64,000 nt of DNA from Mytilus californianus (GCF_021869535.1 NW_026262712.1:90458001-90522000); one strand, 5' to 3'; shown: positions 1 through 14,076, counted from the first letter of the stretch. Translations and numbers: made by a program. Notes: generated from the letters alone by a model not told the origin.

Positions 1-999
1 CACAACAATGTATAAATTAAAGCAAATAATATTCAAACCAAATCTTTTATAAACATATAAAATGTAATTGAACGTTTGTAGTAAGTCATGACGTTATATT
101 AGACTTTTCCTTTTTTTCAAAATGGTCGCCAAAAAGTGAAAATGAACGAAACTGAGACAAGGCTTTGCTGACATTTATTTTTTCTATCGAATTGCACTCT
201 GCAGTTCACACAATATTCTAAGGATTGCGTTTCCATGATATATGGATGCTGCTTGCAAGACAATTTAATCAAAGATCCCCTAAATGGAAACATTCGAACG
301 TTTTCAGGACGCCTTTAGAATTTGTTTGACCGTTAAGTACCATCTGAGTCACAATTGATAATGGATATGTTCCACTTCTCCTTGTCACAATCCTTTCTTT
401 TTCCTCGATTGTGGTAACATCAAGATGATAAGTTAATACGAATAATCACCGAATTTCTGCTGGCAATGAGTAACATCACGTGTGCTTCCAGATGGCCAAA
501 AACTACACACCCTTCCGAGCACCTGCGTTCGCCCCTCGTTTTGATGAAAAGGGACTCGTGTTGTTTATGCTTTCAATGTTGTGATTGCTCTTTATTTTTT
601 CAATGTCTGTGCTGTCAACAAGTGAAAGTCTTATTCATCAATCTTACAGGCATGAAAAACCTTATTTCATTTCAAACGTTAACATTCGTACAAGTTTAAG
701 ATAATTGACATGTACCAATGTTCTTTACATTTTTAAAATTTTGTGATTCTAAGGGTTAGAAAACAGACATTTATAAATCCACTATTATATGATATATGCC
801 TAATTACTAATCATCTGAGATCATTCCCGGTTTTTATTGGGCTTGATGTTGCTCAATGTTTAGATTTTTGTGCAGTGATTTGTGTTAGTCCTTTTTGGTG
901 TTTTTTAGCCATATTTTTATTTGGTTTTGTTTTACTAATTATTTTTGTGTGCCTAAGTACCTTCTCTATCTTTTTATCATCTCAACAACAACATATTTC

Positions 1000-2250
1000 A
1001 CAGCAGTTTTCAAAATGTTTCTTAAGGACGGCCCATTTAGTGTTTGCCCCACTTCCTACCTCATTTTAAACAGGACCGTTCATAATATCATTGTCCTCGC
1101 TCATTTTCATCTACCTGACATCCGTTTCATATCTGTCAACCACATGTTATCACCTCATTGCAAAATGCTGATACGTTTGTGATAAATGTCCAATAGGGCA
1201 TATGCTATCCGCATTCACTCGAAGTAGCACTATGGGTAAAAGGCCGACATTCCCCGTCTAAAGCTTGCACATGCTTTGAGAATGTTGTGTTTTTGCTTTT
1301 ATACCGTTCCTGGTGTACAACGTCATGTGGATTACCTGATCACTTTATATTATTTCAAAGATTGATTGAAACTTGTTGATTACTATGGCCATTTTAGACA
1401 AAACCTTATCAAATGCTGTAGTTGCGCGATCGATTAATAAAACTGTAAATATTAGATGTTAGTATGAAACGCATGGTTATGTTTGGTTAGTATTAAGGAT
1501 ATATCTTATTCTATAGTAAAATTTATGCTACTTTATAGCAATGATACGAACAGTTGTGCTGGCGCGTAATATATTGGTTAAAGTACCAGAGATTATAAGG
1601 GAAATGTATATATTTAATAGCAAAATGATTATGACGATTTTGCCAAGTTAGACCAAGAAAATGCTGGAATATTGAAATTGTCGTACTATGTAACGATTCA
1701 TCAGCCGTAGTTGAACTCTTGTTGTTGTCAATATTGTCCACGGCTGCAGTGGTAAAACCACCAGGTTTCGAGGTAGGAACCACATATTCAATGTTGAATG
1801 TTTCATAAATGGAATCTTCTAGTACTGTAGATAAATTGATAATTGGACCATTCATAAACGACAAAGTTACGTAAACTGAACATTTTGTCATTTACATGTA
1901 GAACTTCCTTTCCTGGTCCTAGCAACCAGTAGAAGGCCTATATATATTATGAAATGGTTAAGTTCAGTTGAATATAATGTTAAAGAAACATAAAGAAATA
2001 AAACAGAAGTAACTTTGAAATGGATAGCGTCGTATTTGCCTCCATGGAATAACTCGATTACATCTGAATATTTGGCCAAACGATTATCAACTAATTTTTT
2101 TAATGACTGTTGTAAAGACTTTTGCCTATGTCGTGTCTGTTTGAACTATTTGCATGTTCAGAATTTTCAAGTATCCATGTCATTCACACAGATTGTTGCG
2201 GTTGCTTGTTTATTTGCAACACCAAAATAATCACTGAACAGAAGAAGCAA
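1000..2250 (-). mobile_element. Decayed DNA transposase relic (pseudogene), probably Academ-type
   Basis: Minus-strand frames, broken by stops and frameshifts, give IYIGLLLVARTRK..(DKMFSL)..INLSTVLEDSIYETFNIEYVV..GFTTAAVDNIDNNKSSTTADESLHSTTISIFQH (ORFs 1888-2079, 1523-1891) and, further down, LLPIV..NADSICPIGH. These match motifs I recognise from large animal transposase-like proteins (AAVDNIDHNPSSTT..SFHGTGISLFQH). The superfamily call is from memory; boundaries are approximate. Confidence 0.6.
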
Positions 2251-2599
2251 GCAACTGCCTTGTCAATTGCCTGGCAAGCCTGAGATTACTGCAATTTGTA
2301 TATCATTACTTTGTCTTCTTCCTGTTGATCACAGAGAAAACTGTTCGAGTCGAGAAGTATACATTCTAGTTAAGCCTAGCTTAAATATTGGAATAACGCC
2401 AGTGTCGATACGTAATCCCTCGTTGTAGACTAATGTTCTGCTAGAATGGTACCGTGGTTACAATTTTCTATACTTTTCTCATAAATCGTATGATGTTTGG
2501 CTTTAGTTTATAAATGTGGCATACACTTGGTATTATACAGGCACTTAGTTTTACTGAAGGTACGTCAAAACAAAACACTTTGTTACCTTCTAAAAGAGA

Positions 2600-3060
2600 A
2601 TTTTGTTGATTTTGATATCATATGGCGGCCATCATGGAAAAGGCCGCCATATTGAAATTTCAAGCTGGGTCCATAGCTTATATTGTTCGAAACAACAGCA
2701 CTACTAACATAACAAATTTGAACTAATATAAGGAATATTTGTTGATTTTGATATTTTGTGGCGGCCATCTTGGAAAAAGCCGTCATATTGAATTTTCAAG
2801 GTGGGTTCATAGCTAGTATTTTTTTAAAACACCCAGCACTACTACTATTCCAAATTTGACCTTAAATTTGACCTTATATAAGTGATATATGTTCATTTTG
2901 ATATTTTATGGCGGCCATCTTGAAAAAGTCCGCCATTTTGAAATTTCAAGGTGGGTCCATAGCTAATATTGTTTGAAACACCAAGAACTACTATCATGCT
3001 AAATTTGGTGCTTTTATCATCAAACCCACAACTTTGCCACCGATCTGTAGGACTACGTTT
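2600..3060. repeat. Non-autonomous element with three internal tandem units (136 and 150 bp periods)
   Basis: Core GGCGGCCATC(A/T)TG..AAA..GCCG(C/T)CAT(A/T)TTGAA(A/T)TTTCAAG(C/G)TGGGT(C/T)CATAGCT starts at 2624, 2760 and 2910. Confidence 0.75.
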
Positions 3061-4207
3061 TCGAAATTTGAATGCAAGTATTCATAATGTTTGTTTGGGG
3101 TTTTTGTGTCGTTTGGTTGCAGAGTCTCTGTTTATTCATTCTTGTAGTTTTTTAGTTCGGGTATTTCGCACTTTTCTAATGAAAGAAACAGTTATTCGTA
3201 AATCTGAGCATATAACTACAAAAGAAGAAAAAGTCTCTTTCCGGCAATCTGTAAAAACTTGATTTTATTTGTAGGTTATTAAACAACAAGTGTTCTCGTT
3301 AAAGTGCCAACACTTAGTATTCCATCGTGCATCTTGAGTCATTCAGTGGATTAGTCTATTAGCTAAGGTAAAAATTATTGCTTGTTTAGTAAACAAGCAA
3401 TTCTACTGGCGAGAACATTAGTATGCTAATGTATGTGTACAGAATCTATTAAAGGTATTGTACAGACCTTATTAAGTAGGATTATAATGATTCGTTGCCA
3501 CCTCAATCACACAATTTCAGTTCCAATAATGTTTCTTGGGTTGAATTTTTTTATAGATTTTTGAAATCTTTTTTTTTTACAATCATTTCATGGCCATAGG
3601 TTTTTATTACTTTTCCAATGTCGTGTAAGTGCCTTAATGCATCTTTAAAATTGTAGATATGTTTATATTGAAAAAGAAGCAACGTTGTGAAAATAAGGAC
3701 ACCCATTTCCGATCAATTTAATTTGAATTCATATATTATGTTGCTGCTTCCTTTTGGTAATTTCCTTTAACAGCGAGCAAATTTTTACAGCATGCTCGAG
3801 TTCTTGTTTTAAGGCGTTCAGAAACCTTTGCTTTTAAATCTCCATTGTAAATACAACTTTGTAAGCGGGCGTAACGGTCGAACGTTTACATGATTTAACC
3901 CAGCCAATGGATGGCCACAACTAAGCTATTTTGGATTCGATAATATGTAAGGCCCATTTTATCTTAGACAGGCAACGATCTATAGAATTTAGTGGAAAAA
4001 CACATACGATAATAGACATTTATTTCTATTTTTGGTGTTTTCCAACTTTGTGCAAATCTTCATAGAGGAACGAATGCAGAGATATTGGATAAGGAAAAGG
4101 ACGAATGCATTTAAATAAAAGAGGACAATTTTCGGTTGTATGTACTAATAATAAAGTTGTTTTTTTTTTGGGGGGGGGGATAAGATAATTTTAAAACAAA
4201 AAGATAC

Positions 4208-6554
4208 CTTGATGACGTAATTATTCCTATGACAAATAACAAATTCAATTGTCGTCAGACACGATGTAGAAAATGCCATTACTTCATTGAACATTTCCGT
4301 GGCTACAATATCTGGAGAAAATTCATGATATCCTGTCCCGACTGCAGGGAAAGCAATGGAGCGCATGTTCATGCTTTCGGCGAATCCCAAACAGGTCTGT
4401 AGGAACATTCTTAGAGCCTGGAAATTCCGTTTAGTTCAATAACGAAAACCGGACTAAAAATCTATGAATATCATTTTAATATTTGGTGTATATATTTATC
4501 TCAATTAGGTTGACAATTCGTCACCAGTTGAATAATTGTACATTTCGTTAACATACATCTTCAGATAATAAAAATATTGATCAAACCATTCAAATGCAAC
4601 TATGAAAATATTGTGTTTTTCTCTCATGGAAGTGACGATAAACACTCACTTAAAACAACAAAAAGGTTGAATGCTTTTATCTTAGAGCATACTAACATAT
4701 TTAACGAATAGACTAGATTTGTTTAATGAGTTATACCACATCATTTCTCTTTATTTTCTATTGACAAAAGAGTGATTGGTTGTGTTTTTTCTAGAAATAA
4801 ATTACGTTATAGTTATCCATACTTGACCCGAACGACGTAGGAGGGTTAATAGGTCATCCCGACCGTGCAGATTAAATGATATTTACCGATTTGATTGGTC
4901 AATAACTGTTTTAACACTTGACGCCATCAATTTACATGAACGTTTTGGAAATATTCATAATATCATAAAGTGTTCTTTATTTCAAAGGACAAAGTGTATA
5001 CATAGTTGTGTTAATTGATCAACTATGACGTAATATCTAGGTCAGTTGGGGATTCAAAAGGGACGACGAGGGTTTACGCTCCCTCCCCCCTTGACTTAAA
5101 AAAATATATAATGTGTAATCCTAAAATCGTCAAACTTTTTTTTATTGTATTACGCCCCTATGCCTTTAATCCTGGATCCACCCCTAAAGATAAGAGTACA
5201 TTTGAACTGTGCAGTATATCTGAGGTCGTTAATGCAATCCTTTAGATAGCTGTGCATTATGCAGATTATAGCACAGTAAGAACAAAGAGATTTTGCATAT
5301 GTCATGTGTTAAATTGATATTGTAAGCAATACACAGAGCAATACATTTGACTTAAGAAAACACTTGATTCAATGGAAAGACAAACAGCCCACCATTATTT
5401 TTCATTTCTAAAATGTTTCAGTGCTATTGAACAAAAAGCTGTAAAATTATTCGAGCAATTTTGAAAAAAATATGCATTTACTCCTAATCGAGAAGTTTGA
5501 ATAATTTTGACGAAAACCTGTCGGAGTTACAAATGGCATAAACTGGTTACCCTCTACAGCATTTATTGACACACATTACTTTGTTCCACACATGGGAAAG
5601 CTGAGAAAAATCATTTAAATCTGTCCAAAATAAGAAATACACATTTTCTATTAATGTTTACTCACTTAGCAAAAATGTAATTTGCTGAAGGAACAAATAT
5701 TGGAGTTAGAACAGAAACAAACTATGTACCCTCTTAAGCATTCGATGACCCCAAAAAAAAAATCCACATATATATTGGAACCTAAAAAAATATTAAAATT
5801 TGTACAACGTTAGAAGTACACGTCTTCAATATGTGTGCAATTTGTGCACCTACAACGGGTATGGGATCGTTTACGAATGTAAGAAGTTTGCTCTTTTCTC
5901 AGTTCTTTTGTTTATATTGGTTTTAGTTTTGTTCCCTTCTAACGATGAACGATACTGACTTTACGAAAAAAATTAACAAATTCTTTCAAAGTTCTCATCT
6001 CAGTTTTCGAATCTGGTATTTAACGAAACATGACATTGCATGTATATACAATAAATCACGAATATTATAAACTAACCCGAATAATTCAGTCGTGATATTC
6101 CGCCGAATTAACCTCGCAAGTAGGAGAGATCGATTACGGGGAGAAACTGAATTATTCGGGTTAAGGAATAACAAGTAATTTGTAATGATAATAATAAAAC
6201 TCATGGAAAGAAGAAATGATTACGGAAGCCATGGAGTGCCATGCAAAAATAAAATTACAACTTGAGCGCACAAGGTACTATCTAGTGCGCACAAGTTACA
6301 CAATTTGTGCGTACGAGTTGCTTACCTACCTGTATGTTTTTATCCCGTCCATCCCATTCGTGTAATACGCCATGGATTATTTTCTTACAGAACAATCGTC
6401 CACCTCCAGTCACAATAAAATCATTTTTGTCAAATGATCTATAATATCTTAACTCTGTCAAAACCTCACGACCAGCTTCATCAATTATAGATGTGGATAA
6501 TGTTCCGCTTTTAAAATCCCATCCTCTACCCATGACATTAACAATAATGTCAAC
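4208..6554 (-). CDS. Macrodomain (PARP14/PARP15/PARP9-type) coding exons; partial gene, join(6330..6554,4208..4417)
   Basis: Both exons are AG/GT-bounded and phase 0-0 (225 and 210 nt). Translation: VDIIVNVMGRGWDFKSGTLSTSIIDEAGREVLTELRYYRSFDKNDFIVTGGGRLFCKKIIHGVLHEWDGRDKNIQ|ALRMFLQTCLGFAESMNMRSIAFPAVGTGYHEFSPDIVATEMFNEVMAFSTSCLTTIEFVICHRNNYVIK. It contains the macro-fold motifs DxIVN, TxGGxLxCKxIIH and SIAFPAxGTG. Upstream and downstream exons were not identified. Confidence 0.85.
6073..6163. mobile_element. 91-bp MITE-like element with perfect 18-bp terminal inverted repeats
   Basis: TAACCCGAATAATTCAGT (6073-6090) and ACTGAATTATTCGGGTTA (6146-6163); both ends are TA. Confidence 0.7.
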
Positions 6555-7589
6555 CTATACAAAAATGATAAATAATATATTGTAATAATTTAAAGTATTT
6601 TTTTTATACTTAGTCTTTCCAAATTTCTTAAAATAAAATTAAATCCGTTATCAATAATCTCTAAAAAAAAATCTGTGATGACGAACTTAATCCATGATTA
6701 CGAATTACAGAAATTAGTGATAACTAATTATAATTCTTCAGATTTTAAATAATAAATTAAAAGGGCACGTTCATCGATTTGACCCAAATTCTCATATTTA
6801 GTTTATAACATACTTAATCGCATATTCAAATTACAAAAAGTCCTAAAGAAACAATAAATAATGCATGGACTTGATTTAATATGTTATAATACACCTTCTT
6901 ATGGTTTAACATGTTTAATATACATCTTCATACCAAATATCATAAGCAAGAGTCAAAAGCTATAAAAGTTATAGACCGGATAAGATTGTATTAGATGCAG
7001 AACCAGAAGAAGAAAAAACACAACTGAAACATAATCTCTCCTTTCGTCAAAGGGGATACAATGAACAACACGTGATACAGACAGTCAGCCATGGTATACA
7101 ATGTATAGTGTGAATTGTTTTGATAATATTCTAGTCCAGGACAATTTAATCTGCTTACCAACATATTCAACATTTGTGCTAACTTTCAATAAATACTAAT
7201 ATGAAAGAATCTTATGTCATAGTTCAAAACAAACATTCAAACAGGAATGAAACATTTGGATTACCATCAAATTCAAACACAGATACATTAAGGAGACAGT
7301 AGTTTACCGATGTTCAAATTTCGTAAATCGATTAAAAAAAGACAAATCAAGCTAACAAACAATAAGTTAGGAGTCCCAAGAGAAGCTAAGCTTTATACCT
7401 TTCCAGCTATCCTTGTATCACCTGCCATTCAAATTCACACGTAGTCGATACACCACAATTGGGAATAGAACACATCGTTTAACTGGATCATGCATGTATA
7501 ACCCTTTATGACTAAAAGCAGTGTCAAGTTACAAAATGAAAAAAAACCTTTGAAGCTTTTGAAGCACTTTTGTGAGATTTACGATTTTA

Positions 7590-7940
7590 CCGTTATGGTA
7601 TATCTGTGTCACAGATGACCAAGATATGTTCCTATTGTCGTAACCACAGCCCCTCCTCTTTTCTCCGAAATCATCGAATCAGACAAATCACCGAATGTGT
7701 ACTTACACTAACAACACGACAGGCGCCACACAAGGGGTTGTAACTGCTCACTCTTCGGGATCACCTGAATTCAACCCCGGTTTTTGATACGGTTCGTGTT
7801 GCTCAGTCTAGTTTTTTATGTTTTGTTTTGTGGAATTATTCGTATTTTAGCCGTTTTTCGTCTTTTGTCATGGTGTTGTCAGTTTTTCTTCGACTTATGA
7901 GTTGTGAAAATTCCCATGTTATCTTCCGCCTCTATTTCAC
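7590..7940 (+). repeat. Interspersed repeat family R2 (probably a retroelement 3'-tail derivative)
   Basis: Contains ..ATATCTGTGTCACAGATGACC..ACGACAGGCGCCAC..CTGCTCACTCTTCGGGATCACCTGAATTCAACCCCGGTTTTT..GCCATGG-like..TTGTCAGTTT..CGACTTATGAGT. Related copies at ~340-545, 815-965, 18795-18960(-), 25110-25220, 25245-25370(-), 28490-28680, 35285-35523, 35570-35730(-), 54365-54560(-) and 58240-58345. Confidence 0.75.
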
Positions 7941-10900
7941 GTAAATAAAACTGATATATTAGATAGAAATAACATATAAGTTAAATAAGGAGTACAATTA
8001 AATACATTTTCTGGGCAAAATAAAATAAAAGAAAGCGATCTTGATGTCTATGATAGCCACGTTTTTATATATTACCTTTTTGTATCTTAATGTGCAGGAG
8101 AACAAAAGATATCAATCAATCAATCAATCAACGCTTATTGTATTAGTTGCCAGAAGATCTGAAAAGTAAGAGGTTGATTCTATATTTTCGAAACTATAAA
8201 ATTTCTTTTGCTATGCGATAAAAATTACCTTAAATGAATTGAGTGTATAAATTGTCAAAAATATAGAAATGATATATTTCTGTTATAGGAATAACAAAGA
8301 TTGTACAAAATGTATGTATGTGTATACACTAGCCAGCAAGACCGTGGTGGAAGTTTGTAAAGGTCTTACAAAATAGTTCATGTCAAAAGGAAAAGCAATA
8401 ATGGGGCGCACTGACTCAACACATGTTTTAGATTAATTTAACTCTTACTATGTGATATTTTATTTGAATTTAATTACTACACGTATCTTAGAGAATTTCT
8501 AAATTGAAAAAATTATAACGATTCGCTGGACTTTCCTAATATGTAAGGGGAAATTAGAACTTTCCTGTTACACTAGAAATGTCCAATTTTGGCAATGCGC
8601 TATAAAATAAGTAAAACGATTCTTTGTGATCAATTTTACGCCCAGACAATTAAATGATAAAATGTTGCGATGTATCTAAAGGAGGTTTAAATGTTAAGGC
8701 GTCCTTTTGAATTAATTTAAATTTCAAACTTCTTTTAAAATCAGGCTAAGCGATCTTAAATAACGCAAAAGGTTATTCTGGTGACATTTGAAAGATTAAA
8801 TATTATTGTATGTCCTAGTGCTTATAAAAAGACACATTTTCTTCCATTATACATTATTGGAGATCTCAATCTTAAAAAAACATGGCTTTATTATTATCTC
8901 CACCAAAGGAAAACAAAAGGAAAAAACACAGTGGCAGCAGCCTCATGGTAAATAAATTTGCTTTTATTGCTTTTACTTACAAAACTGTTTGAACAGCGAA
9001 AATTATTTTAAATTCGTGTCGGAGTAGTTCAAAATTTTCATTGCAGGATTAATAAAGGAGATAATTATGAAAAGGTCATTATTTGACCCCTGAAATTGCA
9101 CATTTTATTGACAAATGAATATAACTGAATGTAACTATAAAATCTTGCAAAGTTAGTTCAGAAAGTTAATTGAAAATAAAAATTAGTATTTGCAATATTT
9201 GAAAAATATGGCCCTTTTACACAAAATTGGTAGTTACATTAGATATGAATAACAGTCTTACAAAAAGATATTTTACGTTATTCAACACCATTGTACAACT
9301 TGTGTTGTGGTAAAAATTCTTTTGACCAAAGTTGTGTTGATATTTTACCGTTGCTTGGGAGGGCTGAAAATGAGGTTCTTTTGGATATTTTTCAATTTCT
9401 CCATAAATTTAAGTTTAAGGACCCAAAACAAATACGGGAGACAAAATTTAGATATTTCTATCTAATATCAGTCCGAGTTATATCTTGCAAACGTAAAAAT
9501 GTGTCATTTTGAAAGATTTAAAAATACTTTTTGCTATGCATTTAAAGGGCAAAAAAGTCCTTACCACACCATATACTTTGAGATTTGAGACATTAAAACT
9601 GATTAACTATCTTTCAATTGTACAAAAAAGGCCGAAGGAAATCCATTTAACTAGTGAAACGTTGAATCTTAGACTGTCAATGTCAACAGCTACCTGGCAC
9701 AATTAGCCAGTGTGGTGTAATGGATCGACCTTTTACATAATCTATATTTATGTATATGATTTAAATATGCAATCTAAAAATGTTTTTCCGGATGAGTTTA
9801 TTTCAGCCGTGCTTTAAAGGGGAAAATGCATGGTGCTCTTATATAAACAAGAACAGTATATCAAGCTCTGAATTGTCCAAGAATGCAAATTCCAAATGAC
9901 AGAAGCTTTAAGAAAAATCAATTGAAAAATGCTCGAAAGGTATATTGTCGAAACGAAATTTATAGTGTAATTTTCGTTTACAAAAATATTTTGAAACAAC
10001 ATCTTTACAGACAATTACATAGAATAGGTTTGCAGTCCTCAATAATTGAATGAAAAAGACAATTAAAGGAAAATGGTTAAGCTACTATATTGTTCCTTGC
10101 ATTGTATGTCATTACTGCAATATATATACGAAGCACTTAATTGTAAAAATTCTTCTGTTTATATGACAATGTGGTCACTATTCAGAACGGACTGAACATT
10201 TAGTATGTACATATGCAAACGAAGTAGTAAGTAACATTGTAAAAACTTTCAGGCATTTTGACAATAATGTTTCATAGTAAGGTAAACACCTCGATCTGTT
10301 AGAAACAAACGGTGAAGACAACCCAGATTAACATCGACGCTTCTTGTTGTTGATAGTCTTTACTAAAACTTGTAAGGGTTTGAATAATAAAATTGAGATG
10401 TGTTGTTGATTTCGGCACACTGAGGCCTCGAGGAGTGAAAACAAATATGCAACAAATGTAATGTTTATATTTATATTGTTTGCTGGTAAGAATGTTATGA
10501 TCATTTTGCGTATAAAGAACAAGACCAATTCAATTTGTTTTTAATCGAGGCACGTGAATGCAGACTTGACATTATAACTTTTTATTTAAGAGGCTATGTT
10601 TTTGCATCGTCCAATTTCGTCGCATTATTTAGCGGCTTCCTAAGTTGTCATTGCAAGTACTTTAAAAAAATATATGGAAATAAATTTTATGCACATCTAA
10701 TAAGGATAAACTGTTTCAAACGAAAACCGTGTGAACTTTATTCGTGCTTCATGCAGGCTACATTTACAGGTATTTTAAATCAAAATTTGTTTTGATAGAC
10801 TAATTAACAAGCAATTTCGAAAGAAAGTCAGTTTGTTTCATATACCGTGAAGGTTTACGGGCAAATGAACCGTGGTAATATCTAACTAGATAACATATAT

Positions 10901-11844
10901 GTATATATATAAAAGGGGGTATTTAAAATTCAGTTTATCATCAAATTTACATTCTGCATTTAAAATATTTCATGTATGTGGTAAATGTTAATTGTAAAAA
11001 AGTTATTACATAACTGGGACATTTTTTTTTCAATTTTGTTTATTTTAGATTTATTAACATGTCATGCATGCATACATTATAATGATGAAAGTACAAGTGA
11101 ATAACAACATGTTTATAAACGTCATCATATCCTGTAGGGACGATACACATCATCAAACCCTAAATGCGAAGGTGTAAAATCGTACTTTTATTCATGTCTG
11201 GTTTGATACACTAATACCCAGCCATTCGTTTAATATATGTTTTACATCATGAAAAAGAAACTCCTTGTTTACAATGACAAATTTCAAATTTTAAACTTTA
11301 AACTCGCCTTTTCAAGTGTTTACCCATGTAAGTCTTGAACCGACACAAACGGAAATCAGATTTAAAAGAATTTCAGATGGCATTAGCGGTAGGTAAACAT
11401 TCAATTTATTTCCGTTAAATAATTTCCAGTAACCTTTCAAAAGGGGATTATTTAAAATTCAATTTATCATCAAATTTACATGTCGGATCGGATAAGATAT
11501 TATACATAGGTGAACTATTTTTTTAAAAATCACAGCAATATTGTTATAGTGTTAATCATGACCACGCCCGTTTGCAACTAAAAGTTTTATTATTCTCAAA
11601 TATCTAAAATATCACGGCGTCTCTACCAACATTATGTCGTATTTCAACATATACAAGTAACGTTATTATAAAGGAACACATCAAATTATGTAGAATATAT
11701 AGATTTTGTCAAATTTTGAATATCTTATCAAAAAACAATAACGACAACAAAAAATAACAAGAATAAAAACGATTGAGGAACCAAATTCAAAACTTCATCG
11801 GAATTATTATATCAATAATGACAATTTTTATCATGAACACAGCG

Positions 11845-12152
11845 CTTTAACCCCGCTGTATTCTGAATCTGCCTGTCCCAACCCAGGAGCCTGTACTTCA
11901 GTGGTTGTCGTTTATTGCTGTATATCATATTTGTTTTTCGTTATTGTTTTGTACATAAATTAGACCGTTCGCTTTTTGTTTGAATTGTTTTACATCTGTC
12001 ATTTCGAGGCCTTTTCTAGCTTGCTATGCGGTATGGTTTTTGATCATTGTTGAAGGCCGTAAGATGACCTATAGTTGCTTACTTCTTACGTCATTTTGGT
12101 CTCTGGTTGAGGTTTGTGTCCTTGGTGATCATACCACATCTTCTTATTTTTA
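11845..12152 (+). repeat. Interspersed repeat family R3 (abundant non-autonomous element)
   Basis: CAGGAGCCTGTA(C/A)TTCAGTGGTTGTCGTT..GTTTGAATTGTTTTACA..GGCCTTT..TAGCT..GAAGGCCGTA..GACCTATA..ATACCACATCTTC. Further copies at ~19225-19432, 22380-22600(-), 42250-42555(-), 43135-43380, 48215-48485(-) and 57350-57645(-). Confidence 0.8.
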
Positions 12153-14076
12153 TGTCAATCACTTTGTTATAAGTAGTCATTTGAGTCAAAATTTTACGAC
12201 ATAAACATGTATTTGTAATTATACATCAAATATATCTTATAAGGTCATATATAACAAGGAGCAACATTTTGATTTCTTGGATATTTCATTAAAAAAAAAT
12301 CTTCAGTGTATGTAATTTAGTATTATTTAAATTTGTTTCATCAAGAAAATAACTCTATCGTTGTATTCTATTTAAAATCACAATCTATTTTTGTAACAAT
12401 TGATTCAAATAATCCATCTACACGCTATCATGCATCATGTACTATGTACCAACTTTAGACAAACAGAGTCAGAACTATAGAAAGTTATATCTTTAGATAG
12501 CTTAGTTGATCGAGCGAAATGGGCCTTTTTTTAACAATATAAATTGGTTGTTGCCGCATAGTTTGCATGCCTTATTTATACGTGCATATTTCATGCCTTC
12601 ACTACATGCTGGCACACAAAATTTCACAATTATTTAGTAATACACAAAAAGGAATAACGGAAATACCGTAAAGCTTAAGACAAAGATTTAACCGTTAACA
12701 GCATACTCCTCCGAAAAAATCGGACAAACAACATAGAACAACACATTTAAGTTTGAATACAAGGAGATGTGGGTCGAACGTCAATAATAAAACGGCTTAA
12801 ACCGACATATGACCAAAATAAAGGTAAAAAAAAATGGAGATCACAAAACCGTCTTCGAAAAAGAACCAGTGCCAACACCATGAATCAAGTAAATTGTTAA
12901 TCGCCAGAATGAAGTCAAAGTAGTGAATCAATTCAACACAGATAACAGTAAAAGATGTGGCAATGCCAAATTCCCAATACACAAAAAAAAAAACACAAAC
13001 GAAGAAACTAGATTATTTACAGTAATAATGCTAATCTTGGTTGGTGTTTTTAAAAGTTAAAACTAGAAGGCGTTAAATTTGTGTTTTACTACTTATGTAA
13101 TAAAATAGTACTTTAATGGAAATTTTTGTCATAAACATTTCACGCTTATATTAAAGAAAAAAAAAGATGATTAATGACCTGAGAATAAATAGTTCAGGGT
13201 ATAAGACGTCTTCTGGAATCTCTTATAAATAATTCGGAATCTGTTGGTATGTCATTGACGTCCACCATACATCTTTGATGCATTCATATGGTCATTCATC
13301 CGCAACTATTCAACAATGACCGTGTATCAATATATAATATGGATTACACCTATTAATCTACCCTAGTTGCCCGTCTATCCTTTATCTTCATTTGTATGAA
13401 AATATGAAACAACTTTTGTGAGCGTGATCTGCAAATGCACAAAAAAAAGGAACACCCAAAAACCGAGCAAGAACAATTTTTTCTGAAGGATTTGCAGCCT
13501 GATTCTAGTACACTTACATAATTTAGGAACTGAAAATGAATGACGATGTATCATTTAATTCATTGGCTTGCTGATATAAAATTATTGCTACTTGGACGAT
13601 TATTTCTTCGAAGAGTACTAGTACTCCTGCAGATTATTCCTTAAACTTTGACGGTCTCAGTTGCATTAATACTAGAATAATGCAAAACTTATAAAATGTA
13701 CATGTTATTCAAATCAATAATAAGCACGAAAGTTTTAAACACTATTTAGAAGGATAGAAGTAAGTCTCGCTTTCTCGTGCATTTAAATTCACCTTTATCC
13801 TTGATCATCTTTATGATGCTGTTGGCACGAACAATGTTTATAAATGAGCTGAAGCTGTTCCCTTTGAAATGACCAATTATACGATTTGAACAAAACATGA
13901 CTTGTCCTCTTTTGAACAGATATATCATGTTCAGGCGAGGTATTTGTGAAAAATACACTTGTTATCAACCAATCAAAACCCGTGATTTTAAAATAAGGCG
14001 TAATTATGTCAGAAAACTATCTAATGTCTCTTTCAATACAACCGTATCTATATGGTTTGCCTGTCTAGACAATGAC

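Noticed and set aside
6991-7173. Candidate upstream exon of the macrodomain (..TKGEIMFQ resembles GDITxQ)
   Set aside because: No phase-0 GT donor at the required position, and the alternative frame contains a stop.
12496-12516. tRNA A-box-like GATAGCTTAGTTGATCGAGCG
   Set aside because: No B-box, anticodon arm or acceptor stem follows.
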